Shown here piece after piece: positions 1-8,580 of a stretch of 64,000 nt of DNA (position 1 is the stretch's first letter; every line of letters starts with the position of its first letter). Source of the DNA: Candidatus Levyibacteriota bacterium (GTDB lineage Bacteria > Patescibacteriota > Microgenomatia > Levybacterales > UBA12049); NCBI GenBank assembly GCA_016214555.1, contig JACROF010000002.1, forward strand, positions 5,416 through 69,415. The letters are read 5' to 3'. The notes beneath the pieces were generated by a model. It searched no databases. It had not been told where the DNA came from and saw nothing but the letters and a program-made list of their open reading frames with translations. The position numbers and the translations under genes are program-made.

Positions 1-649
1 CAGCGATCTCAGGGTTTTTTGGGAGGAGTGGTCCATGGAAATAGCAGCCAATTGCATTTTTGTACATAACACCCTCAGTTTTATCTTCTCCGTTGTTGCC
101 AAACCCTTCAAGAACGTATGCAAAAGGCTTTGCATCCTTGCCAAGAAATGTTCTCCCACCGTGATTTTCAAATCCTATGATAGTGGTTGAACCATGATCT
201 TTTTCTCCGAGTCCATCCCAATTCACTTCTGCTGCAGTATTCCCAATAAGCCTTTCTGATGATTGACCGGGATGTCTTGTCGTTATGTCAAAGATGCCAA
301 GTCCTTCAATTCTTTTTCCAATTGATGGTTCGTAGTATTTTCCCATAAGTTGAGGAGCGCCACAAACAAATAATGCTGGCTTCATCTGTTCAATATGTTG
401 TAAGATCACATCCCTTTTTTTATAAAGATCTTTCATGACCAAGCCCTGCTCTCTATCCTGTGCGCCACCACCAAAGAGAAGATCAAGTGTTTGAATTTTT
501 GCTGATGGTGTATCCTGCCCAATGGGAACAAGAGTTGTTGCAATGTCTCGCCACCCACATCTTTTTTCAAGGGCAATGACATTGCCTCGATCTCCATAGG
601 TACTCATCAGGTCAGGATAGAGCCAGCCAATTGTTAGTGCGTGTTTCAT
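1..649 (-). CDS. gatD: Lipid II isoglutaminyl synthase glutaminase subunit GatD (CobQ-type glutamine amidotransferase), C-terminal end truncated by window edge
   Basis: My own reverse-strand translation from ATG at 649: MKHALTIGWLYPDLMSTYGDRGNVIALEKRCGWRD...ALFVCGAPQLMGKYY..GCYFHGPLLPKNPEIA. The ATGA overlaps the murT stop. This is the typical murT-gatD pair. Confidence 0.7.
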   Translation of the reverse strand, partial: MKHALTIGWLYPDLMSTYGDRGNVIALEKRCGWRDIATTLVPIGQDTPSAKIQTLDLLFGGGAQDREQGLVMKDLYKKRDVILQHIEQMKPALFVCGAPQLMGKYYEPSIGKRIEGLGIFDITTRHPGQSSERLIGNTAAEVNWDGLGEKDHGSTTIIGFENHGGRTFLGKDAKPFAYVLEGFGNNGEDKTEGVMYKNAIGCYFHGPLLPKNPEIA

Positions 650-1926
650 AGTATCTTCTTTCCTGTAATAATTTTTCTTACTTCAAGCATCGCTGTATAT
701 GTCGGAATAATAAAAAGCGTTTCATTTTTTTCCATCTGGGAGAGCGCATAGGAAATTGCCTCTTCTAGATTATTTTTACTTTTTGACTCAAGCCCAGCAT
801 ATTTACATCTAAGAGCCATATCATAAACTCTATCACCTGAGATAGTAATTGTTTTTTTGTCTTTTTGGAGTTTTTCAAAATCTACATCCCAGATCCAAGA
901 GACATCTTTGCCATCTGCGATACGATCATTAAGAACAAAGAGTATATTTTTTGCTTTTAACTCGTTGATTGTTTGGAGCGTTTGATTAAAACCTGCCGGG
1001 TTTTTTGCAAGGATAATTTCGACATGCTTATGATGATAGGTTATTTTTTCTTGCCTTCCAAATGCTGGAGAGAAAGTTCTAAGAGATTTACTAACATCCT
1101 CATTTGTGAGTCCTAAGCTTTTTGCAACTAACATTGCGGCAATCGTATTGTATTTGTTGTAGAGTCCAGAGAGAGGGTAATAGTCAGAGCTATATAGGTT
1201 GGGTTTTGGTCTACTAAAGTCTCCGTTGGGACATTTCCATATGCCTAGATGCGCATAATATACCGTTGAAAAAAGTAACTTATTTCCGCATGCAGGACAA
1301 TAGGTCGAATCAGCTGCATGATCTAGTCTTGCATCACTTTTTTCCTCAAGGCCAAAATAAAAAACTTCTTGGTGTGCTTTTCGTCCAAGGTAAGCAATTT
1401 GAGGATCATCGGCATTTAGGTATAGTTTGGTGCTTTGCGGAAGTGATGCAATAGCCTTTCTCCACTTTTCAGCAATGGTATTTATTTCTCCGTATCTATC
1501 AAGTTGGTCTCTGAAAAGATTGAGTGCGACAACTGCATCAGGTCGAAGGCTTTTTGTTATGAGTGGAAAAATGTTCTCATCAATCTCAAAGAGCGCAACA
1601 TCTGCGTCTATTTTCCCAAAAAAAGTGCTGTTTTGTAATAGAATTGAGGCAATTCCATTTAGTAGATTGGCACCAGAGCTATTATGAATAATTTTTTTAC
1701 CATCTGCTGTGAGTATATGGGAGAGGAGAGAGGTAGTTGTTGTTTTGCCGTTTGTTCCTACGATAAATAGGATCTTTGTACGAGAGTTTTTTAAAAGCTG
1801 ATTGATGATATGTGGATTTATTCTGATTGCAATATGTCCAGGCCATGTTGAGCCGTTGCCAAGATTGAGTTTTTGGGTGAGTGAGGATAGGATTTTGCAG
1901 AAAAGGACAATGAATGCGTTTCTCAT
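646..1926 (-). CDS. murT: Mur ligase family protein MurT (lipid II isoglutaminyl synthase ligase subunit)
   Basis: P-loop IVGTNGKTTTTSLLSHIL of the Mur ligase family. Cys4 zinc ribbon CPACGNK..CPNG characteristic of MurT. Translationally coupled to gatD. Confidence 0.75.
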   Translation of the reverse strand: MRNAFIVLFCKILSSLTQKLNLGNGSTWPGHIAIRINPHIINQLLKNSRTKILFIVGTNGKTTTTSLLSHILTADGKKIIHNSSGANLLNGIASILLQNSTFFGKIDADVALFEIDENIFPLITKSLRPDAVVALNLFRDQLDRYGEINTIAEKWRKAIASLPQSTKLYLNADDPQIAYLGRKAHQEVFYFGLEEKSDARLDHAADSTYCPACGNKLLFSTVYYAHLGIWKCPNGDFSRPKPNLYSSDYYPLSGLYNKYNTIAAMLVAKSLGLTNEDVSKSLRTFSPAFGRQEKITYHHKHVEIILAKNPAGFNQTLQTINELKAKNILFVLNDRIADGKDVSWIWDVDFEKLQKDKKTITISGDRVYDMALRCKYAGLESKSKNNLEEAISYALSQMEKNETLFIIPTYTAMLEVRKIITGKKIL

Positions 1927-1962
1927 AGGAGTTACTTCAATTATATCCTATATCATGCATTC

Positions 1963-2850
1963 TTACATCTCGCGGAGGATTTTTACTCGTTCCTCAAATG
2001 GGGGATGAGTGTTAAAAAGAGAGACAAACCATGAAGAGGCCTTCTTTTCCCTAAAAGGATTTGAGAAAAAAAGATGTGCTGTTGCGGGCGTTGCGACTTT
2101 TGTTTGGTGAGGGTCTTGTGCTATTTTTTCAAGAGCGTCAGCAAGGCCATCAGGATATCTCGTTAAAAGCGCACCTGATGCATCAGCAAGAAACTCTCTT
2201 TTTCGTGAGACTGCAAGCTGGATAAGGGTTGCAATAATGGGTGATAAAATTGCAAATATGAGTGCAAGGATCAAAAAAATTCCGTTACCTCTATCATTAT
2301 CTCTGTCAGAATCTCTAAACCATAAACTTCGCATAAACATGTCAGCCAGAATGGCTACAAACCCTACTAATATTGCTACAACTGCCATAAGTCTAATATC
2401 GAGGTTTTTGATGTGTGAAAGTTCGTGCGCAATAACACCCTCAAGTTCTACTTTGTTTAATCTTTCAAGAAGTCCTGTTGTCACACAAACAACGGCGTGT
2501 TTTGGGTCTCTTCCTGTTGCAAAAGCGTTTGGTTGTGGGTCATTTGCGATGTAGACTTCAGGCATTGGGATGCCAGCTCCGATAGCAAGGTTTTCAACAA
2601 TCGTGAATAGCTGTGGATTATCCTTTTTGACAATTTTTTGAGCTCGAGTAGTAGCCAGCACCAATTTATCAGAGTAAAAGTAGCTGCCAACTGTACTAAT
2701 CAACGCAAAAATAAAAGCAATTACAGCATATGCAGAGCCACCACCACCTGAGGCTTTGCCATAAACATAGCCAACTGTTGTCACAAACACTGCAAACAAC
2801 ACCATAATTACAATCGTGTTGCGTTTGTTTTTACCAATAGCGTTGTACAT
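1963..2850 (-). CDS. htpX: M48 zinc metalloprotease HtpX
   Basis: HEXXH motif in GVIAHELSHIKNLD. N-terminal TM helices. Conserved FSNPF..THPP C-terminal region. Confidence 0.8.
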   Translation of the reverse strand: MYNAIGKNKRNTIVIMVLFAVFVTTVGYVYGKASGGGGSAYAVIAFIFALISTVGSYFYSDKLVLATTRAQKIVKKDNPQLFTIVENLAIGAGIPMPEVYIANDPQPNAFATGRDPKHAVVCVTTGLLERLNKVELEGVIAHELSHIKNLDIRLMAVVAILVGFVAILADMFMRSLWFRDSDRDNDRGNGIFLILALIFAILSPIIATLIQLAVSRKREFLADASGALLTRYPDGLADALEKIAQDPHQTKVATPATAHLFFSNPFREKKASSWFVSLFNTHPPFEERVKILREM

Positions 2851-2855
2851 ACGGA

Positions 2856-3407
2856 TTAAAACGAAACTTTAACAGTTTTCCTTTCTTCCTCTGTGGCAGC
2901 AAAAAAGTCTGCTGGTTTAAATCCAAAGAGACTGCCTACGAGATTGCTTGGGAAAACAGTAAGCTTTGTGTTGTAATCCAAAACATTTGAGTTGAGGAAC
3001 TGTCTTGAGTATGCAATTTTATTTTCCGTATCTGAGAGTTCATCCTGCAATTTTGCAAAATTTTCATTTGCTTTTAACTGTGGATAGTTTTCACTTACTG
3101 CAAAAAGAGTTTTAAGAGTGTCTGAAAGCTCATTATTTGCTTTAGCTTTGTCTTCAGTTGATGATGCTTTCATCAGACTTGTTCGAGCCTTGGTAACATT
3201 CTCAAGCAGTTCTTTTTCGTGCTTTGTGTAACCTTTTACTGTCTCAATAAGGTTTGGAATGAGATCAGTACGTCTTTTAAGTTGTACGTCTATGTGAGAA
3301 AGCGCTTCCGCAATCCTCATTTTTGCAGTAACAAGACCATTGTAGGTAAGCCATAGATATCCAAGAATAACGATAATAATTCCTGCAATTACAAAATACA
3401 TATACAT
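2856..3407 (-). CDS. lemA: LemA family protein
   Basis: N-terminal TM helix followed by LTYNGLV..RIAEALSHIDVQLKRRTDLIPNL, typical of LemA. Usual lemA-htpX neighbourhood. Confidence 0.75.
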   Translation of the reverse strand: MYMYFVIAGIIIVILGYLWLTYNGLVTAKMRIAEALSHIDVQLKRRTDLIPNLIETVKGYTKHEKELLENVTKARTSLMKASSTEDKAKANNELSDTLKTLFAVSENYPQLKANENFAKLQDELSDTENKIAYSRQFLNSNVLDYNTKLTVFPSNLVGSLFGFKPADFFAATEEERKTVKVSF

Positions 3408-3415
3408 TCACCTCC

Positions 3416-5182
3416 TTAAGGGAGTAACCATTTGATCATTGTATTATACTCTTGCGCATTTAAAATGTCATCTCTAGTTGCCCATCCACGTCTGGCAACA
3501 TCAACTCCATATCTCATAAGACTCATTTGATCCACTGCATGACTATCGGTGTTGATGACAAGTTTAATGCCGTGGTCAATAGCTTGTTTTACGAGACTGT
3601 CTGAAAGGTCGAGACGAGAGGGGAATGCATTGATCTCAAGTATTTTTTTCTCGCTCTTACAAAATGCAAAAATCTCTCTCCAATCAAGTTCATAACCTGG
3701 TCTTTGGTTGAGTAGTCTACCTGTTGGGTGTGTGAGAATTCGAGCCTTAGGATGGCTAAGGCCTTTTATGACTCTCTTGGTCATTTCAACCTTTGACATA
3801 GAGAAAACGCTATGGATTGAAACAAGTGTTGCATCAAGAAGGTCAAGCGATGAATTATCGATTGCCAAGTCTCCATTTGGCATTATATCTGTTTCGAGTA
3901 ATGAAATTACTCGTATACTTTTATTACTCTTATTAAGTTGTTCAATTTTATTACTCCTTTTTTTCAAAATTTCGTATACTTGTTTTGCAGTATGTTTAGA
4001 CTGGCTGGGGTTGTGTTCAGAAAATCCTAGATAGTCATATCCTAAAGAATGAGCTTTTTCTATCATTGTCTCCATTGTGTCTACTCCCATGTCATGACTT
4101 GGCTCAATAGGGAAGCTTGAGTGGAGGTGAAAATCACCCTTGATATCTTTGAGCTCAAGAAGTTTTGGTAACTTATGCGATGCTGCGAGCTCGATCTCTC
4201 CCTGATTTTCTCGAATTTCAGGCGGAATCCAGTCAAGGCCAAGAGCATGATAAAATTTTACTTCATCATCATACTGCTCAAGTTTGTCATCCTTTTCTTT
4301 ACGTTTGATGCCATATTCTGAGAGTGAAAGACCTTTTTTAAGCGCATACTCTCGAAGTTTGATATTGTGCTCTTTGCTACCTGTGAAATGTTGAAGAAGT
4401 GAACCGAATGCTTCAGGTGGTTGGACCATAAGGTCAATATGTTTTCCTCCCGAGATCAAAATTGAGGCTGTTGCGTCTCCTTTTTCTAGAATTCTTTCTT
4501 TAAGAGGGTATGACACAAAATAGTCGAGAACCTCTTTTGGCTTGTTGGTAGCTACTGCGACATCTACATCACCAATTGTCTCCTTTTTTCTTCGAAGGCT
4601 TCCTAAAGGAAATACTTTTTTAACATCAGAGGATTTCTCTAAATACTCGATGAGTTTGTCAGCGATTTCACTAGCAAAAGGGAGTACCATGCGTGATGTT
4701 TTATTGACTCCAAGCTCAAATTCACCAATAGCCTGAAGCATATCAGCCTGAGATTTGTCTCCAAATCCATCTAGTTTGGCTATTTCGCCTTTGAGAGCTA
4801 GTTTTTTGACATCCTCAATAACAGTTTTTTTATCACCTAATTCAAAGTAATTCACTAATTTGAATGCCTTTTTAGGGCCAAAGGAAGGAATATCAAGGAG
4901 TGGAAACATCGCCTCAGGTACGTTACTTAGCACTTTGTTGAAGTGCTCAACAGAGTTGTTTTTCACCAGTTCTTCTAGATAACCTCTAATTGATGGTCCC
5001 ACTCCAGGAAGTGATTCGAGTCTATTTTCATGGGCAAGATCTTTTACCTCTGAGGTGGAATTTTCAATAGCATCTGCCGCTTTTTGATAGGCAACAACTT
5101 GGAAATGGTATTTAGATTCATCCTTGATGATGTAGGCAGCAGCGACGTGTCTGAGAAGTTTTGCAATTTCTGCATTCGTCAT
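3416..5182 (-). CDS. polX: DNA polymerase/3'-5' exonuclease PolX (Pol beta-like nucleotidyltransferase + PHP domain)
   Basis: N-terminal HhH region. Nucleotidyltransferase motif GSLRRKKETIGDVDVAV. C-terminal PHP motif GDFHLHSSF..HS.. Confidence 0.8.
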   Translation of the reverse strand: MTNAEIAKLLRHVAAAYIIKDESKYHFQVVAYQKAADAIENSTSEVKDLAHENRLESLPGVGPSIRGYLEELVKNNSVEHFNKVLSNVPEAMFPLLDIPSFGPKKAFKLVNYFELGDKKTVIEDVKKLALKGEIAKLDGFGDKSQADMLQAIGEFELGVNKTSRMVLPFASEIADKLIEYLEKSSDVKKVFPLGSLRRKKETIGDVDVAVATNKPKEVLDYFVSYPLKERILEKGDATASILISGGKHIDLMVQPPEAFGSLLQHFTGSKEHNIKLREYALKKGLSLSEYGIKRKEKDDKLEQYDDEVKFYHALGLDWIPPEIRENQGEIELAASHKLPKLLELKDIKGDFHLHSSFPIEPSHDMGVDTMETMIEKAHSLGYDYLGFSEHNPSQSKHTAKQVYEILKKRSNKIEQLNKSNKSIRVISLLETDIMPNGDLAIDNSSLDLLDATLVSIHSVFSMSKVEMTKRVIKGLSHPKARILTHPTGRLLNQRPGYELDWREIFAFCKSEKKILEINAFPSRLDLSDSLVKQAIDHGIKLVINTDSHAVDQMSLMRYGVDVARRGWATRDDILNAQEYNTMIKWLLP

Positions 5183-5325
5183 GCGAACAGTCTATCAAAT
5201 ACGTTGACTCGTGCGCAAATATCTGTTAGGATACGCACACTGAGCTTATGGCTAAATAGTGAATGGTAAATAGCATAAAATTCTAAAAAGCTATTTGCTA
5301 GAAGCTATCTGCTATTGGCTAATAT

Positions 5326-5402
5326 GGGGTGGTAGCTCAGTTGGTTAGAGCGCCTCCCTGTCACGGAGGAGGTCGCGGGTTCGAGTCCCGTCCATCCCGC
5401 CC
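5326..5402 (+). tRNA. tRNA-Asp (anticodon GTC)
   Basis: GGGGTGGTAGCTCAGTTGGTTAGAGCGCCTCCCTGTCACGGAGGAGGTCGCGGGTTCGAGTCCCGTCCATCCCGCC. Cloverleaf folded by eye. Anticodon loop CTGTCAC. Confidence 0.85.
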
Positions 5403-5469
5403 AAGGTAGAAATACCACCGATAAGTTCTGGACAGAGGATTTATCACAAGCTGCCCGATAACACAAGCT

Positions 5470-6186
5470 ATGGCAGCAAAAAAAACTTCAACATCAAAAA
5501 AAACATCACAACCTCAGCCAAGTCTGATGGACTACTTTAGGCTTAGCGAATCATACACAAGTCTTGTTCTTGGTATTGTTATTGTTATCATTGCGTCTAT
5601 ATTACTACTTTCATTTTTTAAGACAAGAAATCAGTCGACTCACCAGGCTACTTCATCAATTGCCACATCTCGTACCGAGGAGGCAAAAGCATCAGTGACT
5701 CCTGTTGTTACTGTTACACCAACAGCTATCACAGTAACTCCAACAGCAGTCCCAAGCGTCACTCCTGCGCCAACATCTATAGAGCAAAAGTCAGCAGTGG
5801 GAGGATCAACATACACAGTCAAGGCAGGAGATGATCTTTGGCATATAGCAGAAAAAGTATATAACGACGGATATAAATGGGTAATAATTGCAAAAGCTAA
5901 CAATCTTTCTAATCCAGGGATTATTAACGTAGGCAATTCGTTAGCTATTCCAGTTGTCATGAAGACATCGCCAACAGATACTATTTCAACATCACAAAAT
6001 ACAACTACACAGTTAGCACAGACTATCTCAGGCGATACCTATACCATCGTGCTTGGCGATGATCTTTGGGATATTGCTGTGAAAGCCTATGGTAATGGGT
6101 ATAAATGGGTTGATATTGCAAGGGTCAACAATCTTATGAATCCGAATGTTATTCATGCTGGAAATATCCTCAAAATCCCTCGATAA
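5470..6186 (+). CDS. Membrane-anchored protein with two LysM peptidoglycan-binding domains
   Basis: N-terminal TM helix. Thr/Pro/Val-rich linker. Two repeats of YTVKAGDDLWHIAEKVYNDGYKW...NNL.NPN.I..GN.L.IP, the LysM signature. Confidence 0.8.
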   Translation: MAAKKTSTSKKTSQPQPSLMDYFRLSESYTSLVLGIVIVIIASILLLSFFKTRNQSTHQATSSIATSRTEEAKASVTPVVTVTPTAITVTPTAVPSVTPAPTSIEQKSAVGGSTYTVKAGDDLWHIAEKVYNDGYKWVIIAKANNLSNPGIINVGNSLAIPVVMKTSPTDTISTSQNTTTQLAQTISGDTYTIVLGDDLWDIAVKAYGNGYKWVDIARVNNLMNPNVIHAGNILKIPR

Positions 6187-6251
6187 AAACTTCTTCACCT
6201 CTGAATTTATCTGTGCTATGATGCATCTCATTGCGGGATAATAACCATATT

Positions 6252-6326
6252 GCGATGGTAGTTCAGCGGTAGAATGTCTCCTTCCCAAGGAGAAGGTCGA
6301 GGGTTCAACTCCCTTCCATCGCTCCA
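6252..6326 (+). tRNA. tRNA-Gly (anticodon CCC), CCA encoded
   Basis: GCGATGGTAGTTCAGCGGTAGAATGTCTCCTTCCCAAGGAGAAGGTCGAGGGTTCAACTCCCTTCCATCGCTCCA. Anticodon loop TTCCCAA. Confidence 0.85.
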
Positions 6327-6344
6327 CGTGTGCTTTAATTAGTA

Positions 6345-6815
6345 TTAATTGAGGAAGAGGATTGCGGCGTTAAGTAGTGTCGCAAAAGTTACCCATAAAA
6401 GGTATGGAAGTAAGAGGTAGAATGCTAATTTTGAGAGGGGATAGAATTTTTTCATAGTAACAACAATTACTATCCACATTGCAATAATTGTGATGAGTCC
6501 AAGTAGCGGTGACCTTAGGCCAAAAAAGGCAGGCGTCCAAAGAAAATTAAGCATCAGCTGAGCCAGAAAAAATTTCAAAGCTGTTTTAACTTTTTTCTTT
6601 TTCCACCCCAGTTTTAAAATCAAATAAAAAGAAACACCCATTAAAAAATACAAAATGATCCAGGCTGGTCCAAAAACCCAATTGGGTGGTGCAAAGAGAG
6701 GCTTGTTGAGATTTACATACCATGCAGGTATGGCAGCAATGGTAAAGGGAGTTCCAACAATTCCAACTAGCTCACAGCCAATAATTGAGCAGAAAAGCTT
6801 GATTAAATCTTTCAT
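6345..6815 (-). CDS. tspO: TspO/MBR family tryptophan-rich sensory protein
   Basis: Five TM segments. Trp-rich motifs NKPLFAPPNWVFGPAWIILY..LNFLWTPAFF..LPYLLWVTFATLLN, typical of TspO. Confidence 0.75.
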   Translation of the reverse strand: MKDLIKLFCSIIGCELVGIVGTPFTIAAIPAWYVNLNKPLFAPPNWVFGPAWIILYFLMGVSFYLILKLGWKKKKVKTALKFFLAQLMLNFLWTPAFFGLRSPLLGLITIIAMWIVIVVTMKKFYPLSKLAFYLLLPYLLWVTFATLLNAAILFLN

Positions 6816-6967
6816 CTATTACAGTATGTATGTTATTGATAATAGGAATCAATGCCAATCTATGGTGTAAATGAAAAATGTAAGTTTGCAGGAAATAATT
6901 GTTACAGTAGTGTAGAATAAGTTCGAGAATTGTCCATTAGTTAACGAGGGCTATTTGCTCACTGTTT

Positions 6968-7381
6968 ATGACCAATCAATTAGTACCAGAATTAAGCATA
7001 TCTAATTTTCAGAAAAGTCTCTTTTTCTATACAGAAATACTTGGTTTTTCTATTGAGTATCAGCGTGAGGAAGAAGGGTTTGCTTTTTTGAGCTTAGGAA
7101 ATGCTCAGATTATGATTGATGAGATTGGCAAAGGGCGAACCTGGAAAACTGGAGACTTTGAATATCCATTTGGGAGAGGCATCAATTTTCAAATAGAAGT
7201 TGAAGATATTGACACTATCTTGAAAAAATTAGAGCGACATAATGTCGGGCTATTTTTAGAGCCTGAAGAAAAATGGTATCGAAAAGATGACAAAGAGGTG
7301 GGAAATAGACAATTTCTGGTCATGGATCCTGATGGTTATTTGCTCAGATTCGCTGAAGATCTTGGAGAAAAAAGTACGTAG
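6968..7381 (+). CDS. VOC (glyoxalase/bleomycin-resistance fold) family protein
   Basis: About 137 aa. N-terminal betaalphabetabetabeta signature L.V.D...S..FY...LGF. Size and pattern fit the VOC superfamily. Confidence 0.5.
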   Translation: MTNQLVPELSISNFQKSLFFYTEILGFSIEYQREEEGFAFLSLGNAQIMIDEIGKGRTWKTGDFEYPFGRGINFQIEVEDIDTILKKLERHNVGLFLEPEEKWYRKDDKEVGNRQFLVMDPDGYLLRFAEDLGEKST

Positions 7382-7406
7382 GTATTTGTTATAATCTTTT
7401 CACGAG

Positions 7407-8516
7407 ATGGCAAGTGGAAAAAAGACTTATTCCTCAACAGGTGTTCGGTACGATATCCTCGATCCAATTAAAAAACTAGCTCAACAGCAAGCCCTCTCAA
7501 CCTCTCAAAATCTTTTCTCTTTTGGCATGCATGAAATATCTCAGAGTCGTGGTGAATCAGCATATGTTTGGGACGAAGGCGATAGTTATCGTGCCTTAGT
7601 GATTGAAGGATTGGGAACGAAAAATTTGATAGCTGATGAAATGGAAAGAATTACAGGCAAAACATATTATGACGCGATCGCAAAAGACACGGTTGCAATG
7701 ATCGTTAACGATTTGATCGTTGTTGGGGCGCGACCTCAGGTCGTTAATGCGTATTTTGGCGTGGGGGACTCAGCTTGGTTTCATGACACAAAAAGAGCGG
7801 GGGCACTCATTAATGGTTTTGCTGCAGCAGTAAATGAGGCAAGGGCTGTTTGGGGTGGTGGGGAGACTCCAGCTCTTAAGGGGATTGTTGAAAAAGATGC
7901 GATAGATCTTTCAGGTTCAGCTGTTGGGATAATTCGTCCTAAAGAAAGATTAACACTAGGAGATAAGATAACTGAGGGTGATGCTGTTTTTCTTGTTGAA
8001 AGTAACGGTGTCCATGCAAATGGCATGACACTCGTCAGGTCACTTGCTCAAAATCTCAAAAATGGGTATTTGACAAAATTACCAGATGGTAAAAGTTTTG
8101 GTGAAGCATTACTTTCTCCGACACATATCTATGCAGGACTCATCAACGACCTATTTGAAGCAGGAGTAGGTATCCATTACATGGTGAATGTCACAGGGCA
8201 TGGGTGGAGAAAAATCATGAGGGCTCATAAAGAGGTAAGTTATGTTATGGATCATGTTCCTAATCCTCTGCCTGTTTTTTCTTTTATTCAAGAGCATTCA
8301 GGAAATGATGACCGCGAGATGTATGGAAATTTTAATATGGGAGCAGGGTTTGCGATAATCATGCCTGATCAGTTTGTTTCTCAGGCAACACATATTGCTT
8401 GGAAAAATTATCATATGTCAGCTGGGAAAGCAGGTAGCGTCCAAAAGGGGTCAAAAAAAGTCGTAATCCAGCCAGTTGGTGTAGAGTTTGGGACAGAGAC
8501 ACTAGATATAAGATAA
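7407..8516 (+). CDS. PurM-like (AIR synthase-related) protein
   Basis: PurM-superfamily motifs: LVIEGLGTKNLIA, DTVAMIVNDLIVVGARP, GGGETPAL. No neighbouring purine genes. Confidence 0.5.
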   Translation: MASGKKTYSSTGVRYDILDPIKKLAQQQALSTSQNLFSFGMHEISQSRGESAYVWDEGDSYRALVIEGLGTKNLIADEMERITGKTYYDAIAKDTVAMIVNDLIVVGARPQVVNAYFGVGDSAWFHDTKRAGALINGFAAAVNEARAVWGGGETPALKGIVEKDAIDLSGSAVGIIRPKERLTLGDKITEGDAVFLVESNGVHANGMTLVRSLAQNLKNGYLTKLPDGKSFGEALLSPTHIYAGLINDLFEAGVGIHYMVNVTGHGWRKIMRAHKEVSYVMDHVPNPLPVFSFIQEHSGNDDREMYGNFNMGAGFAIIMPDQFVSQATHIAWKNYHMSAGKAGSVQKGSKKVVIQPVGVEFGTETLDIR

Positions 8517-8580
8517 ATTATTGAAACTTGATACACATCGATGTAGTTGACGATAATTTTTTCATCTGATAATATGAATC

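Noticed and set aside
5640-5800. Repetitive TPTAITVTPTAVPSVTPAPT coding repeats in the LysM gene
   Set aside because: Short imperfect codon-level repeats encoding a Thr/Pro/Val linker. Not a tandem DNA repeat array or CRISPR.
6028-6327. 99-aa minus-strand ORF (MERWKGVEPSTFSLGRRHSTAELPSQ...)
   Set aside because: Lies antisense over tRNA-Gly. The GVEPSTF/STAELPSQ peptide is the well-known spurious translation of a tRNA gene.
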